64,000 nucleotides of DNA, taken from Haliotis rubra (lineage: Eukaryota). Below the pieces are notes generated by a model. That model ran no database searches and was not told where the DNA came from. It saw nothing but the letters and a program-made list of their open reading frames with translations. Position 1 is the stretch's first letter; every line of letters begins with the position of its first letter. The translations under genes were made by a program, and so were the position numbers. Positions 47,065 through 60,525 of the stretch are shown piece after piece. The stretch spans positions 124,001-188,000 of the forward strand of contig NW_025766225.1 of the NCBI RefSeq assembly GCF_003918875.1, given 5' to 3'.

Positions 47065-50000
47065 TCTACATGGGCGCTATTTCGTCTCCACGCAAGCTGT
47101 AGCATCATCTGCTAGATGAGCGTAATATCGTCTTCACGCCGGGTGTAGTATCATCTCCTAGATGGGCGTAATTTCGTCTCCACGCCGAGTGTAGTACCAT
47201 CTGCCAGATGGGCATCTGTCTCCACGCCGGGTGTAGGCATCCGCTAGGTGGGGCGTCACGTCTCCACGCCGGTTGTAGTATCATCTGCTAGATGGGCGTA
47301 ATTTCGTCTCCACGCCGAGTGTAGTATCATCTGCTAGATGGGCGTAATATCGTCTCCACGCCGGGTGTAGTATCATCTGCTAGATGGGCGTAATTTCGTC
47401 TCCACGCCGGTTGTAGTATCATCTGCCAGATGGGCGTAAAATCCTCTCCACGCCGGGTGTAGTATCATCGGCAAATGGGCGTAATATCGTCTCCACGCCG
47501 GGTGTAGTAGCATCTGCTAGATGGGCTGTAATAATATCCACGCCGAGTGTAGTACCATCTCCTAGATGGTCATAATATCGTCTCCACGCCGGGTGTAGTA
47601 TCATCTGCTAGATGGGCGTAATATCGTCTCCACGCCGGATGTAGTATTATCTGCTAGATGGGCGTAATTTCGTCTCCACGCCGGGTGTAGTATCATCTGC
47701 TAGATTAGGCGTAATATCGTATCCACGCCGGGTGTAGTATCATCTGCTAGATGGGCGTAATATCGTCTCCACGCCGGGTGTAGTATCATCTGCTAGATGG
47801 GCGTAATATCGTCTGAACGCCGGGTGTAGTATCATCTGCTAGATGGGCGTAATATCATCTCCACGCTGGATGTAGTATCATCTGCTAGATGGGCGTAACA
47901 TCGTCTGCACGTCCGGGTGTAGTATCATCTGCTAGATGGGCGTAATATCGTCTCCACGCCTGATGTAGTATCATGTGCTAGATGGGCTAGATGGGCTTCA
48001 CTTCGTCTCCACGCCGGGTGTAGTATCATATGCTAGATGGGCGTAATGTCGTCTCCACGCCGAATGTAGCATCATCTGCTAGATGGGCGTAATATCGTCT
48101 CCACGCCGGGTGTAGTATCATCCGCTAGGTGGGCGTCACTCTCGTCTCCACGCCGGTTGTAGTATCATCTGCTAGAGGGGCGCCACCTCGTCTCCACGCC
48201 GAATGTAGCATCATCTGCTAGATGGGCGTAATATCGTCTCGACGCCGGGTGTAGTATCATCTGCAACATGGGTGTAATATCGTATCTACGCCGGTTGTAC
48301 CATCTGTATCGTAATCTCCGGCGGGGTAAAATCCTCTCCATGCCGAGCGTAGTATCATCGGCTAGCAGGGCGTAATATCGTCTCCACGCAGGGTGTAGTA
48401 TCATCTGCTAGATGGGCGTAATATATCGTCGCCGTGTAGTACCATCTCCTAGATGGTCGTAATATCGTCTCCACGCCGGGTGTAGTATCATCTGCTAGAT
48501 GGGCGTAATATCGTCTCCACGCCGGATGTAGTACCATCTGCTACGTGGGCGTAATTTCGTCTGCACGCCGGGTGTAATATCATCTGCTAGTTAGACGTAA
48601 TATCATATGCACGCCACGGTGCGGTATCATCAGCTGAGATGGGCGTAATATCGTCTCCACGCCGGGTGTAGTATCATCTGCTAGATGGGCGTAATATCGT
48701 CTGAACGCCGGGTGTAGTATCATCTGCTAGATGGGCGTAATATCGTCTCCACGCCGGATGTAGTATCATCTGCTAGATGGGCGTAATATCGTCTGCACGC
48801 CGGGTGTAGTATCATCTGCTAGATGGGCGTAATATCGTCTCCACGCCGGATGTAGTATCATCTGCTAGATGGGCATAATTTCGTCTGCACGCCGGGTGTA
48901 GTATCATCTGCTAGATGGGCGTAATATCGTCTCCACGCCGGGTGTAGTATCATCTGCTAGATGGGCGTAATATCGTCTGCACGCCGGGTGTAGTATTATC
49001 TGCTAGATGGGCGTAATATCGTCTCCACGCGTCGGGTGTAGTATCATCTGCTAGATGGGCGTAATTTCGTCTGCACGCCAGGTGTAGTATCATCTGCTAG
49101 ATGGGCGTAATATCGTCTACACGCCGGGTGTAGTACCATCTGCTAGATGGGCGTAATATCGTCTGCACGCCGGGTGTAGTATCATCTGCTAGATGGGCGT
49201 AATATCGTCTGCACGCCGAGTGTAGTACCATCTGCTAGATGGGCGTAATATCGTCTGCACGCCGGGTGTAGTATCATCTGCTAGATGGGCGTAATTTCGT
49301 CTCCACGCCGAGTGTAGCATCATCTGCTAGATGGGCGTAATATTCGTCTTCGCACGCCGGGTGTAGTATCATCTGCTAGATGGGCGTAATATCGTCTCCA
49401 CGCCGTGTGTAGTATCATCTGCTAGATGGGCGTAATATCGTCTCCACGGGCGGTGTAGTATCATCTGCTAGATGGGCGTAATATCGTCTGCACGCCGGGT
49501 TATCGTCTGTAGTATCATCTGCTAGATGGGCGTAATATCGTCTCCACGCCGGGTGTAGTATCATCTGCTAGATGGGCGTAATATCGTCTCCACGCCGAGT
49601 GTAGTATCATCTGCTAGATGGGCGTAATATCGTCTGCACGCCGAGTGTAGTACCATCTGCTAGATGGGCGTAATATCGTCTCCACGCCGGTGTAGTATCA
49701 TCTGCTAGATGGGCGTAATATCGTCTCCACGCCGGGTGTAGTATCATCTGCTAGATGGGCGTAATATCGTCTCCACGCCGGGTGTAGTATCATCTGCTAG
49801 ATGGGCGTAATATCGTCTCCACGCCGGGTGTAGTATCATCTGCTAGATGGGCGTAATATCGTCTCCACGCCGGGTGTAGTATCATCTGCTAGATGGGCGT
49901 AATATCGTCTCCACGCCGGGTGTAGTATCATCTGCTAGATGGGCGTAATATCGTCTCCACGCCGGGTGTAGTATCATCTGCTAGATGGGCGTAATATCGT

Positions 50001-53000
50001 CTCCACGCCGGGTGTAGTATCCTCTGCTAGTGGAATAATATCGTCTCCACGCCGGGTGTAGTATCATCTGCTAGATGGGCGTAATATCGTCTCCACGCCG
50101 GGTGTAGTATCATCTGCTAGATGGGCGTAATATCGTCTCCACGCCGGGTGTAGTATCATCTGCTAGATGGGCGTAATATCGTCTGCACGCCGGGTGTAGT
50201 ATCATCTGCTAGATGGGCGTAATATCGTCTCCACGCCGGGTGTAGTATCATCTGCTAGATGGGCGTAATATCGTCTCCACGCCGGATGTAGTATCATCTG
50301 CTAGATGGGGTGTAGTATCATCGTAATATCGTCTCCACGCCGGGTGTAGTATCATCTGCTAGATGGGCGTAATATCGTCTCCACGCCGGGTGTAGTATCA
50401 TCTGCTAGATGGGCGTAATATCGTCTGCACGCCGGGTGTAGTATCATCTGCTAGATGGGCGTAATATCGTCTCCACGCCGGGTGTAGTATCATCTGCTAG
50501 ATGGGCGTAATATCGTCTCCACGCCGAGTGTAGTATCATCTGCTAGATGGGCGTAATATCGTCTCCACGCCGGGTGTAGTATCATCTGCTAGATGGGCGT
50601 AATATCGTCTCCACGCCGGGTGTAGTATCATCTGCTAGATGGGCGTAATATCGTCTCCACGCCGGGTGTAGTATCATCTGCTAGATGGGCGTAATATCGT
50701 CTCGTAGTATCATCTGCTAGATGGGCATAATATCGTCCGGGTGTAGTATCATCTGCTAGATGGGCGTAATATCGTCTGTCTGGGTATATTTCTGGACGTG
50801 CACGCCGGGTGTAGTATCATCTGCTAGATGGGCGTAATATCGTCTGTAGTACCACGCTAGAGGCGTAATAGTATCATCTGCTAGATGGGCGTAATATCGT
50901 CTCACGCCGGGTGTAGTATCATCTGCTAGATGGGCGTAATATCGTCTGCACGCCCGGTGTAGTATCATCTGCTAGATGGGCGTAATATCGTCTCTGCACG
51001 CCGGGTGTAGTATCATCTGCCTAGATGGGCGTAATATCGTCTCCACGCCGGGTGTAGTATCATCTGCTAGATGGGCGTAATATCGTCTCCACGCCGGGTG
51101 TAGTATCATCTGCTAGATGGGCGTAATATCGTCTGCACGCCGAGTGTAGTACCATGGGCTGCTAGATGGGCGTAATATCGTCTGTAGCACGCCGGGTGTA
51201 GTACCATCTGCTAGATGGGCGTAATATCGTCTCTGCACGCCGGGTGTAGTACCATCTGCTAGATGGGCGTAATATCGTCTCCACGCCGGGTGTAGTATCA
51301 TCTGCTAGATGGGCGTAATATCGTCTCGCACGCCGGGTGTAGTATCATCTGCTAGATGGGCGTAATATCGTCTCCACGCCGGGTGTAGTTGGGCGTAATA
51401 TCATCTGCTAGTAAGGGCGTAATATCGTCTCTTCAGCACGCACGTGTAGTATCATCTGCTAGATGGGCGTAATATCGTCTGCACGCCGGGGTGTAGTATC
51501 ATCATCTGCTAGATGGGCGTAATATCGTCTCCACGTCCATCTGTTAGATGGGCGTGTAGTATCATCTGCTAGATGGGCGTAATGGGAGTAATATCGTCTG
51601 CACCCCGAGTGTAGTACCATCTCCAATTTCGTCCGGGTGTATCTGTATCGTCTCCACTTCGCGTGCTCCTTGATCATCTGCTAATATCGTCATAGTATCA
51701 TCTGCTGAATTGGCGTAATATCGTATCCACGTCGGTTGTAGTATTATCAGGGCGTAATATCGTCTCCACGCTGAGTGCAGTAGTATCATCAGCTAGATGG
51801 GCGTAATATCGTCTCAACGGCGTGTGTAGTATCATCAGCTAGCTGGACGTAATATCGTATGCACAGCTGATGTAGTATCATCTGCTAGATGGGCGTAATA
51901 TCGTCTCCACGCCGAGTGCAGTATCATCTGCTAGATGGGAGTAATATCGTCTCCACGACGGGTGTAGTATCATCTGCTAGATGGGCGTAATATCGTCTCC
52001 AAGGCGGTTGTAGTATCATCTGCTAGATGGGCGTAATATCGTCTACACGCCGGGTGTAGTATCATCTGCTAGATGGCCGTAATTTCGTCTCCTTTCCGGG
52101 TGTAGTATCGTCTGCTAAATGGGAGTAATATCGTCACCAGGCCGGGTGTAGTATCATCTGCTACATCGGCGTAATATCGTCTCCACGCCGGGTGTAGTAT
52201 CATCTGCTAGGTGAACGTAATATCGTCTGCACGCCGAGTGTACTTCCAAATGCTAGATCGGCGTAATTTCGTTTGCGCGCTATCTAGTACCATATGCTAG
52301 ATGGGTATAATGTCGTCTGCACGCCGGGTGTAGTATCATCTGCTAGATGGGAGTAATATCGTCTCCACGCAGGGTGTAGTATCATCAGCTAGACGGGCGT
52401 AATATAGTCTCCACCCGAGTGCAGTAGTATGTGCTAGATGGGCGAAATTTCGTCTCCGCGCCGAGGGTAGTATCATCTGCTAGCTTGACGTAATATCGTC
52501 TCCACGTCGGGTGTAGTATTATCAGCTAGATGGGCGTAATTGCGTCTCCACGTCGGGTGTTGTATCATCTGCTAGATGGGCGTAATATCGTCTCAACGGC
52601 GTGTGTAGTATCATCAGCTAGCTGGACGTAATATCGTATGCACAGCTAATGTAGTATCATCTGCTAAATGGGAGTAATATTGTCTCCACGACGGGTGTAG
52701 TATGATCTGCTAGATGGGCGTAATATCATGTTCACGACGGGTGTGTTCATCTGCTAGATGGCGTAATATCGTACGGCCGAGTGTAGTATCATCTGCTAGA
52801 CGTAATATCGTACGCCGGGTGTAGTATCATCGGCGAGTGTAATATCGTCCTCACCCCTGCTAGATGATGGGCATAATATCGTATCCACGCCGGGTGTAGT
52901 ATCATCTGCTAGATGGGCGTAATCGTCTGCACGCCGGGTGTAGTACCATCTGCTAGATGGGCGTAATGAGCGTAATATCATCTGCTAGACGGGCGTAATA

Positions 53001-54550
53001 GTACGCATTTGCTAGATGGATGGGCGTAATATCGTCTCCACCCCGGTGTAGTACCATCTGCTAGATGGGCGTAATATCGTCTGCACCAGCTAGATGAGCG
53101 TAATATCGTCTGCACGGCGAGTGTAGTACCATCTGCTAGATGGGCGTAAGATCGTCTGCACGGCGAGTGTAGTACCATCTGCTAGATGTGCGTAATATAG
53201 TCTGCACCCCGAGTGTAGTAGTATCTGCTAGATGAGCGTAATTTCGTCTCCACGACGGGTGTAGTATCATCTGCTAAACGGACGTAACATAGTCTGCATC
53301 CCGAGTTTAGTATCATCTGCTGGCTTGACGTAATATCGCCTCCACGTCGGGTGTAGTATCATCAGCTAGATGGACATAATTTCGTCTCCACGCCGGGTGT
53401 AGTATCATCTGCTAGATGGGAGTAATATCGTCTGCACCCCGAGTGTAGTACCATCTGCTAGATGGGCGTAATATCGTCTCCACGCCGGGTGTAGTATCAT
53501 CAGCTAGACGGGCGTAATATAGTCTGCACCCCGAGTGTAGTAGTATCTGCTAGATGAGCGTAATTTCGTCTCCACGACGGGTGTAGTATCATCTGCTAAA
53601 CGGACGTAATATAGTCTGCATCCCGAGTTTAGTATCATCTGCTGGCTTGACGTAATATCGCCTCCACGTCGGGTGTAGTATCATCAGCTAGATGGGCATA
53701 ATTTCGTCTCCACGCCGGGTGTAGTATCATCTGCTAGATGGGAGTAATATCGTCTGCACCCCGAGTGTAGTACCATCTGCTAGATGGGTGTAATATCGTC
53801 TGCACGCCGAGTGAAGTACCATCTGCTAGAGATGGGGGCAATATCGTCTGCACGCCAGGTCTAGTACCATCTTCTAGATGGGCGTAATTTCGTCTGCACG
53901 CCGGGTAGAGTATCATCTGCTAGATGGGAGTAATATCGTCTGCACCCTGGGTGTAGTACCATCTGCCTTATTGGCGTAATATCGTCTGCACGAAGGGTAT
54001 AGTATCATCTGTTAGATGGGAGTAATATCGTCTGCACCCCGCGTGTAATACCATCTGCTATATGGGCATAATATCGTCTGCACGCCGAGTCTAGTACCAT
54101 CTGCTAGATGGGCGTAATTTCGTCTGCACGCCAGACGTAGTATCAACTGCTAGCCGGGCCTAATATCGTCTCCACGCCGAGTGTAGTACCATCTGTTAGA
54201 TGGGCGTAATATCGTCTGCACGAAGGTTGTTGTACCATCAGCTAGCTAGGCGTAAAGTCGTCTGCATCCCGAGTGTAGTATCATCTGCTAAATGGGAGTA
54301 ATATCGTCTGCACCCCGAGTGTAGTACCATCTGCTAGATGGGCGTAATTTCGTCTGCACGCCGGGTGTAGTATCATCTGCTAGCCGGGCGTAATACCGTC
54401 TCCACGCCGGGTTAAGTATCATCCGCTGGCTAGGCGTAATATCGTCTGCACGAAGGTTGTTGTACCATCAGCTAGCTAGGCGTAAAATCGTCTGCACGAA
54501 TGGGGTAGTATCATCTGCTAATTGGGCGTAATATCGTCTGCACGAAGGGT
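47065..54550. repeat. 46-bp CpG-rich satellite (dimer of related 23-mers), roughly 160 units
   Basis: Unit GTAGTATCATCTGCTAGATGGGC + GTAATATCGTCTCCACGCCGGGT; homogeneous core at about 48.6-50.7 kb and diverged edges. Confidence 0.95.
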
Positions 54551-56149
54551 CAGTATCGTCCTCACGCTTGATGGAATACCGTCGAAAAGTATCTCCTTCT
54601 TCCAGGGTATACGATTGTCTTAGAATTCAGTTAGGCCAGAAGTTGCCCAAACTATTCCTACAACACATCACGTTACCAGGAAGAAGAATGATGACACCGA
54701 AGAATCAGCACTACCCTGAGGTGTGAATGAGTGAGTGATTGATTGGGTTCTTATTAAGACCAGAGATGGAAAATTATTACACACATACACTTTTGAGGTA
54801 ACGAGAACGGGGACAAATCACTTCTGATATAGTTGCAACTAAATCTGAAACGGTACAATATCAGACATATAATATATATATTTGCATATTAAAATTCTTG
54901 AAATAGAATCGGTTTTCTTTTCAAATGACACATTTTGACTTTTCTCCATTAATTAAAGGCAAGTTTGACTGGAATGGTTGTTTTACTGAGCCTGAGATAT
55001 CTCATTTCGAGCAGTGTCGCACGTATCTCGTGAAACTACTGTTTCGTGTTTACTGCATACATTCATTGTGAGAGAAATAAGGTCATACGGTCATGGGAGA
55101 GCTGGGCCAGGTGTTTCCAAGTGGGCGTGGCCGACCTTGAATGCTGGGTGTGGTTTGAGCCCGGATGATCGGATTCAGCTTGTAAACATGTTTTCTATTG
55201 TGTCACAGTATGTTCAGTGAAATGTTACAGTACGTGAAACCGCCATCAGATTCTGTTGTTTCAGCTGACTCAGTGTATCGGTAGAGTGCGTGCCTCCTGG
55301 TCATTAATAGCTATTGACAGGGATTTGGGGAATTTTGGATTTCCCGTGTTGAAATCGATTACAAAATGAACAACGGGGAAAGTTTTAAGGATATACAACA
55401 TCTTTATTATATTCATCCCACTGAATTCTAAATGCCACACAAACAATGCGACTACAAAATGTCGTCAAAAACACAATTCAGAAAACATAAATAGTGTTCC
55501 TCTTTACTTCAGAAAACAGTTGAAACACTGTTTAAACCATTATGGTGACTTTACATCATCGTTCTTGCCAGTAATTCGCTCTCCATCCGGAACACGCATT
55601 GAAAACAGCTGACGCAACTACAGGTCATTATGCAAAATTTTCCAGACTTTCAAACATATGGTTGTGGCAGAGAAATTGTCGTGTCTCATGACACTGATCA
55701 CTGCATTGTCTGGTCCTGGCACGATTGTTTACAGGCCAGGAGTGGACGCGATTACCGTTGTACGTTTGGCAACGATCGAAGGGTTGTCATAGGTCGACAT
55801 GTTTTTCTACAAGAGGGGCATGTGAAAATTAGTTCCTGTACTTTTATTTATTCCTTGTTTAAGAAAACTTCACGTAAGACTCATTTATGGGTTTTATCAA
55901 CGAGCGGTTGTCATGTCTTATAGGAGAGTGGCATGCGAAAATTCAGCATAGCTCCTGTACTTTTTTTTATTCCTTGTTTAAAGAAAATTTCATGTGAGAA
56001 CCATTTATACATTATAGCAATATTAAGACATTAAGAAAACCCTTATACCAGTTTTGTTCAGTTTGCTGTGAGAGTATCATAAATGAAATGACAAATACCA
56101 TGTTCTACTATATTGCGATCATTACAGTAATCTTAAAAGTAGGTATGGG

Positions 56150-56228
56150 CACAATGTGTGAAGCCCATTTCTGGTGTCCCCTGCCGATATATTGTTGGAA
56201 TAAGCGGCGTAAGCCATACTCACTCACT
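56150..56228 (+). mobile_element. 3' fragment of a family 1 SINE
   Basis: ACAATGTGTGAAGCCCATTTCTGGTGTCCCC...GCGGCGTAAGCCATACTCACTCACT. Confidence 0.7.
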
Positions 56229-56344
56229 TTATTAAGGAGCCACCCTCAAAACATAAATGTAACCACAGATTGCCAACTGTTAACCATACATTAATTGAAA
56301 ATATTCCTTTGTTCATTTGTCATGCTCTTATGAAGAGAAATCAT

Positions 56345-56451
56345 GGCCCCGTTCCTCAAAGCGATCGTAGCGCTACGACAGCCGTAACTCCCATACTTTA
56401 ACACAGACTTACGACGGTCGTAGCGCTACGATCGCTTTGAGGAACGGGGCC
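56345..56451. mobile_element. MITE with ~35-bp perfect TIRs, PIF/Harbinger-like
   Basis: GGCCCCGTTCCTCAAAGCGATCGTAGCGCTACGAC ... GTCGTAGCGCTACGATCGCTTTGAGGAACGGGGCC, flanked by CAT/CAG. A second copy lies at 57396. Confidence 0.85.
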
Positions 56452-56476
56452 CAGTTTTGAATAAAAAACCAACTAT

Positions 56477-56766
56477 AGTGTCGTCATATGTCGCTTTGTG
56501 TCCTCATATGTCGCTGTGTCGTCATATGTCGCTATGTGTCGTCATATGTCGCTATGTGTCGTCATGTGTCGCTATGTGTCGTCATGTGTCGCTGTGTCGT
56601 CATATGTCGCATTGTGTCGTTATATGTCGCTATGTGTCGTCATGTGTCGCTGTGTCGTCATATGTGGATATGTGTCGTCATGTTTCGCTAGGTGTCGTCA
56701 TGTGTCGCTATATGTCGTCATATGTCGCTGTGTCGTCATGTGTCGCCATGTGTCGTCATATGTCGT
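56477..56766. repeat. 10/20-bp microsatellite (TGTCGTCATA/TGTCGCTATG)
   Basis: Direct tandem units; these explain the Cys-rich spurious ORFs here. Confidence 0.9.
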
Positions 56767-56977
56767 GCGTGGGCATGACCTGGGACCACGCCCTTTCCTT
56801 TCTAAAGCTTCATATTATATAAGACAAAGGTTCAGAAACAAGTTTACAAACTGAAGTAATTTACTCCAAAATTGACGTTCATTCGGCAGCAGCTTATGCA
56901 AATACACGTCAGATCATAAACATGTATAGTTTACAATACGAAATATAGACCTAGTCTGCAGTTGTCATAGCGACAGA

Positions 56978-57252
56978 GACCCGTGAAGATCCGGGGTAGA
57001 ATAGGTCTTCAGCAACCCATGTGCTTGCCATAAAAAAGGCGACTATCTTGTCGTAAGAGGCGACTAACGGGATCGGGTGGTCAGTTTCGCTGACTTGGTT
57101 GACACATGTCATCGGTTCCCAATTGCGCAGATCGATGCTCATGCTGTTGATCACTGGATTGTCTGGTCCAGACTCGATTATTTACAGACCGCCGCCATAT
57201 AGCTGGAATATTGCTGAGTGCGGCGTAAAACTAAACTCACTCACTCACTCAC
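56978..57252 (+). mobile_element. SINE-like retroposon (family 3) without a tRNA head; (ACTC)n tail and 13-bp TSD
   Basis: TSD TCATAGCGACAGA at 56965-56977 and 57253-57265. Body GACCCGTGAAGATCC...GTCGTAAGAGGCGACTAACGGG...GATCACTGGATTGTCTGGTCCAGACTCG...; the 3' end resembles family 1. Confidence 0.85.
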
Positions 57253-57395
57253 TCATAGCGACAGATACTAGACGTTACATTGCCCATGTTGAAGGACGCT
57301 TTGACACGGCCTGGCTTTCAAGGACTTAACGTTGAAACTTCTGATCAGTTGTACTGCATTTGAACAAACACCTGAGTTTAACACGACTTTACCTG

Positions 57396-57502
57396 GGGCC
57401 CGTTTCACAAAGCGAGCGTAGCGCTACGACTGTCGTTAGTCTATGTTAAAGTATGGGAGTTACCATCACCTTAGCGCTACGATCGCTTTGTGAAATGGGG
57501 TC
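57396..57502. mobile_element. MITE of the same family as 56345-56451, opposite orientation, 3-bp TSD CTG
   Basis: CTG|GGGCCCGTTTCACAAAGCG...CGCTTTGTGAAATGGGGTC|CTG. Confidence 0.82.
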
Positions 57503-57524
57503 CTGGCTCGCATGGCAACATATA

Positions 57525-57687
57525 CTCATGGAAACGAATAAGGGAACACATGCAAGTACAAGTGTTCCTTTATTCTTTTTCCAGGTTTCTTCACAAGGTA
57601 TGTACATGTATTGCACTGTGGGTGAAATTCTGGAAATAAATAAGGAACACTTGTACTTTCATGTGTTCCCTTATTCGTTTCTATGAG
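57525..57687. mobile_element. Palindromic MITE with TA flanks (Tc1/mariner-like)
   Basis: TA|CTCATGGAAACGAATAAGGGAACACATG...CATGTGTTCCCTTATTCGTTTCTATGAG|TA. Confidence 0.8.
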
Positions 57688-57703
57688 TATATATACCGTT
57701 GAG

Positions 57704-58051
57704 GACCGCCTCCGTGGTGTAGTGGTTAGAGCGTCCGCCCGGAGTGCGGAAGGTCGAGGGTTCGATCCCCGACCGCGTCATACCAAAAGACGTTAAAATA
57801 TGGTACTTGTTGGTCCCTGCCTGGCGCTCGGCATTAATGGATACAACAAGGACTGGTCGGCTCGGAGTCAGTATAATGTGTCTGAGTGGGGTATTCATGC
57901 TTCACTGCGGCATGGTATCTCAGTGGGCTAGCACTATAAAACCAGCTTCAGTCTGGCCTAGTACAAGCAGCCGCATGCACGCATGCACGTCGTCATATGA
58001 GCGAAATATTCTCCAGCACGACGTTAAACCCAATTCCACCACCACCACCAC
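57704..58051 (+). mobile_element. tRNA-derived SINE (family 2) with a (CCA)n tail and a 15-bp TSD
   Basis: TSD ATATATACCGTTGAG at 57689-57703 and 58052-58066; body nearly identical to 34030-34397. Confidence 0.92.
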
Positions 58052-58235
58052 ATATATACCGTTGAGAATACCCTCCACATCCTGAAATAGATTACCTCAG
58101 AGATTATTGTATCACCTCGATCGTAGCGTGATTGAACCTTTATCTGGGCTGATCTCATCTCGTTCACAAAACATTTACAGCTTGGTGGGAACTTGACCTT
58201 ACGTCAGGGACCCAAGTGTCTGTTAATATATTTCC

Positions 58236-58490
58236 GGGCGGCGGGGTAGCCTCGTGGTTAAAGCGTTCGCTCGTCACGCTGAAGAGCAGGGTTCGATTCC
58301 CCACATGGGTACAAGGATACAATGTGTAAAGCCCATTTGCAGTTGCGTCCCAAAAGAAGCATCCCAGGTTCGCTGACCTGGCTTGTGGACACCCTGACGG
58401 CTTGGATCAATGCTCACCACTGGACCACCGGATTATCTGGTCCAGACTCGACTATTTACAGAATTGTACCTGAAATGTTGCCGAGTGCAC
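58236..58490 (+). mobile_element. Diverged SINE with a family 1 tRNA head joined to a family 3-like body
   Basis: GGGCGGCGGGGTAGCCTCGTGG...GGTTCGATTCCC...GCCCATTT, then ...CTGGTCCAGACTCGACTATTTACAGA. Confidence 0.7.
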
Positions 58491-59850
58491 CCGCTTTTTT
58501 GTTGGATGAGACTGGGGATCAGAAACACATAAAATATACATGGCCTAGATAGATTATTATTGAGTGAGATTATTATATTGTGTTAACTTACAAAGAAATA
58601 AATGCTAATCATTGGCTCTAGCTTCTGTAACAAGTACGCACTCACATGTGGCTGTTCGTCCGTGATCTTGGAATAATCGCTAAAGACGAATAATAAATTG
58701 ATGTCTACACTGGTTTTTTAACTTTAGACATCGAGACAAGGATTCAGATACATTATCCTTCAGTGAGTCATTGATTTTCCAACAAAACACGAACCACCAG
58801 TCCGTGTCCTAATCCCACGGAATAACAGGAAGGAAAAAATAAAAGTCAATGTGTGCACACTCTCAAGACATTGCAAATCGATTTAAAGATGATCTATATT
58901 TCCAAGGTTTTCTGGAAGAGCTAGACTTCGGTAGTTCGTAACATCTCCAAGGTTTGGATCGAACTGGATGACAAATGCCTGTGAGGGTTAAACACGCTGG
59001 ATTCATGTAGCATGTTACGTTTGTGGAAGTTACTGCAAAATCAATGCGTTACCACAAACTTGTAGATTTTCAAATTGTGATGTGAATCAGGTAGCATTTT
59101 ATTTATTGTTTTAAGCAAACAATTCAAGGTATCTGTGGACATGTTGACGGATGTAAGTTACATGAAGCATGACTGTTCGATCAACTGGGGTATTTCATCG
59201 TGGAAAGAAGACACGAACTTAACGTTACACAAAGCATTTTGTACATCTGAAGGTTCTTGAAGTCATTAAATTGAAGTGAAGTGGAATGTAGAGTAGCAAC
59301 CTTGATGGAAATTGTAATAATTTATTAGTTTTATCATGCCTGTGCGAGTGTGCGTGTGCGCGTACGTGCGTGCGTGCGTGTTTGAAGACACTTTTGTAGT
59401 GTGGTTTGTACTTACAATATATGTATTCTTTCACTGCTAGACTGATGGTACTGGTGGTAAGAGAACCCGGCGCCCAAACAAACCACTCCTGTTTCTGAGG
59501 GGATGGCTTCCACCTGTATTTCTCGTGTGTAGTGTTCCCTGTACATTTCACCCTGGATTATTCATTTGGATGTTGGACTTGATAATCCAGCAGCGGAAGA
59601 AACTGACACACGGGAAATGGGACTTATACGGGAAATGGGGGTTATACAGGTAATGGGGGGTTATACAGGTAAAATACAAAAACATCTTAACAGAATATTT
59701 GGCTGAAACTACATGACTTGAATACATAAAACATATAAGATACTGATTAACAAAAGTTAATAGGGAAGCTACTGATGTGCATTCAATACACATACCTGCT
59801 GATTTACCTTGCCAGGTTCAGGTAAATTTTCATTCAATTTATGAATACAG

Positions 59851-60008
59851 TGAGCGAGTGTGCTTGGGTTTAAACCGCTTTTAGCAATATTCCAGCAATA
59901 TCGGGAAGGGAACACCAGAAATGGGCTTCACACGTTGTACCTATAATAGGAATCAAACCCAGGCCTTCGGCGTGACGAGCAAACGCTTTAACCCTTAGGT
60001 TCCCCCGA
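59851..60008 (-). mobile_element. Family 1 SINE
   Basis: CCGCTTTTAGCAATATTCCAGCAATATC...CACCAGAAATGGGCTTCACAC...GGAATCAAACCC...GTGACGAGCAAACGC. Confidence 0.75.
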
Positions 60009-60438
60009 TGTCCGCTTTATGAATAAAAGGACCCTACTTTTACTTAACAAATTGTGTGAAAAATCCGACTCAAGATAGCCGCGAGTGGGTATTGGTTGTC
60101 CGGCGTTGATGTCTATTCATTCTGTACCCGGGTCCTACTTTCTTTTTCGTTCAGTTGACGCTCGGTACGGCTTTATAGATGTTAGAAACACCAGAGATAC
60201 TCAGGCCACTTGCCACAATACTAATCGCTGCGAATAGTTGCAACGGTCCTGACGCGGAGTTTAACTACATTCACCCACTACCACAATACTCAGTTTATAT
60301 ATGGAAATACTTAAGTTGGTCTATGTATAATTATCTAATTTTACTTACACATAGTACAACCTACGTATGTTAGAGAATACATCTGATAAGACGATGTGTT
60401 CTTGATCCCGTTATGGAGCCGTAGATGTGCGTCACATT

Positions 60439-60525
60439 GAGTGAGTGAGTGAGTTTGGGTATACGCCGCTTTTAGCAATATCCCAGTAATATAACGACGG
60501 GTGGACACCAGAAACGGGCTTCACA
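60439..60525 (-). mobile_element. 3' fragment of a family 1 SINE
   Basis: (GAGT)n followed by ACGCCGCTTTTAGCAATAT...CACCAGAAACGGGCTTCACA. Confidence 0.7.

Noticed and set aside
47065-54550. CRISPR-like array
   Set aside because: The units are contiguous tandem repeats with no unique spacers and no cas genes, in a eukaryotic context.
58860-59605. Possible minus-strand exons giving ...SLAVKEYIY|CICHPVRSK (faintly like a GPCR TM3-ICL2 motif)
   Set aside because: The splice-like sites are plausible, but there is no DRY/ERY motif, no flanking TM helices and stops occur nearby, so the support is insufficient.
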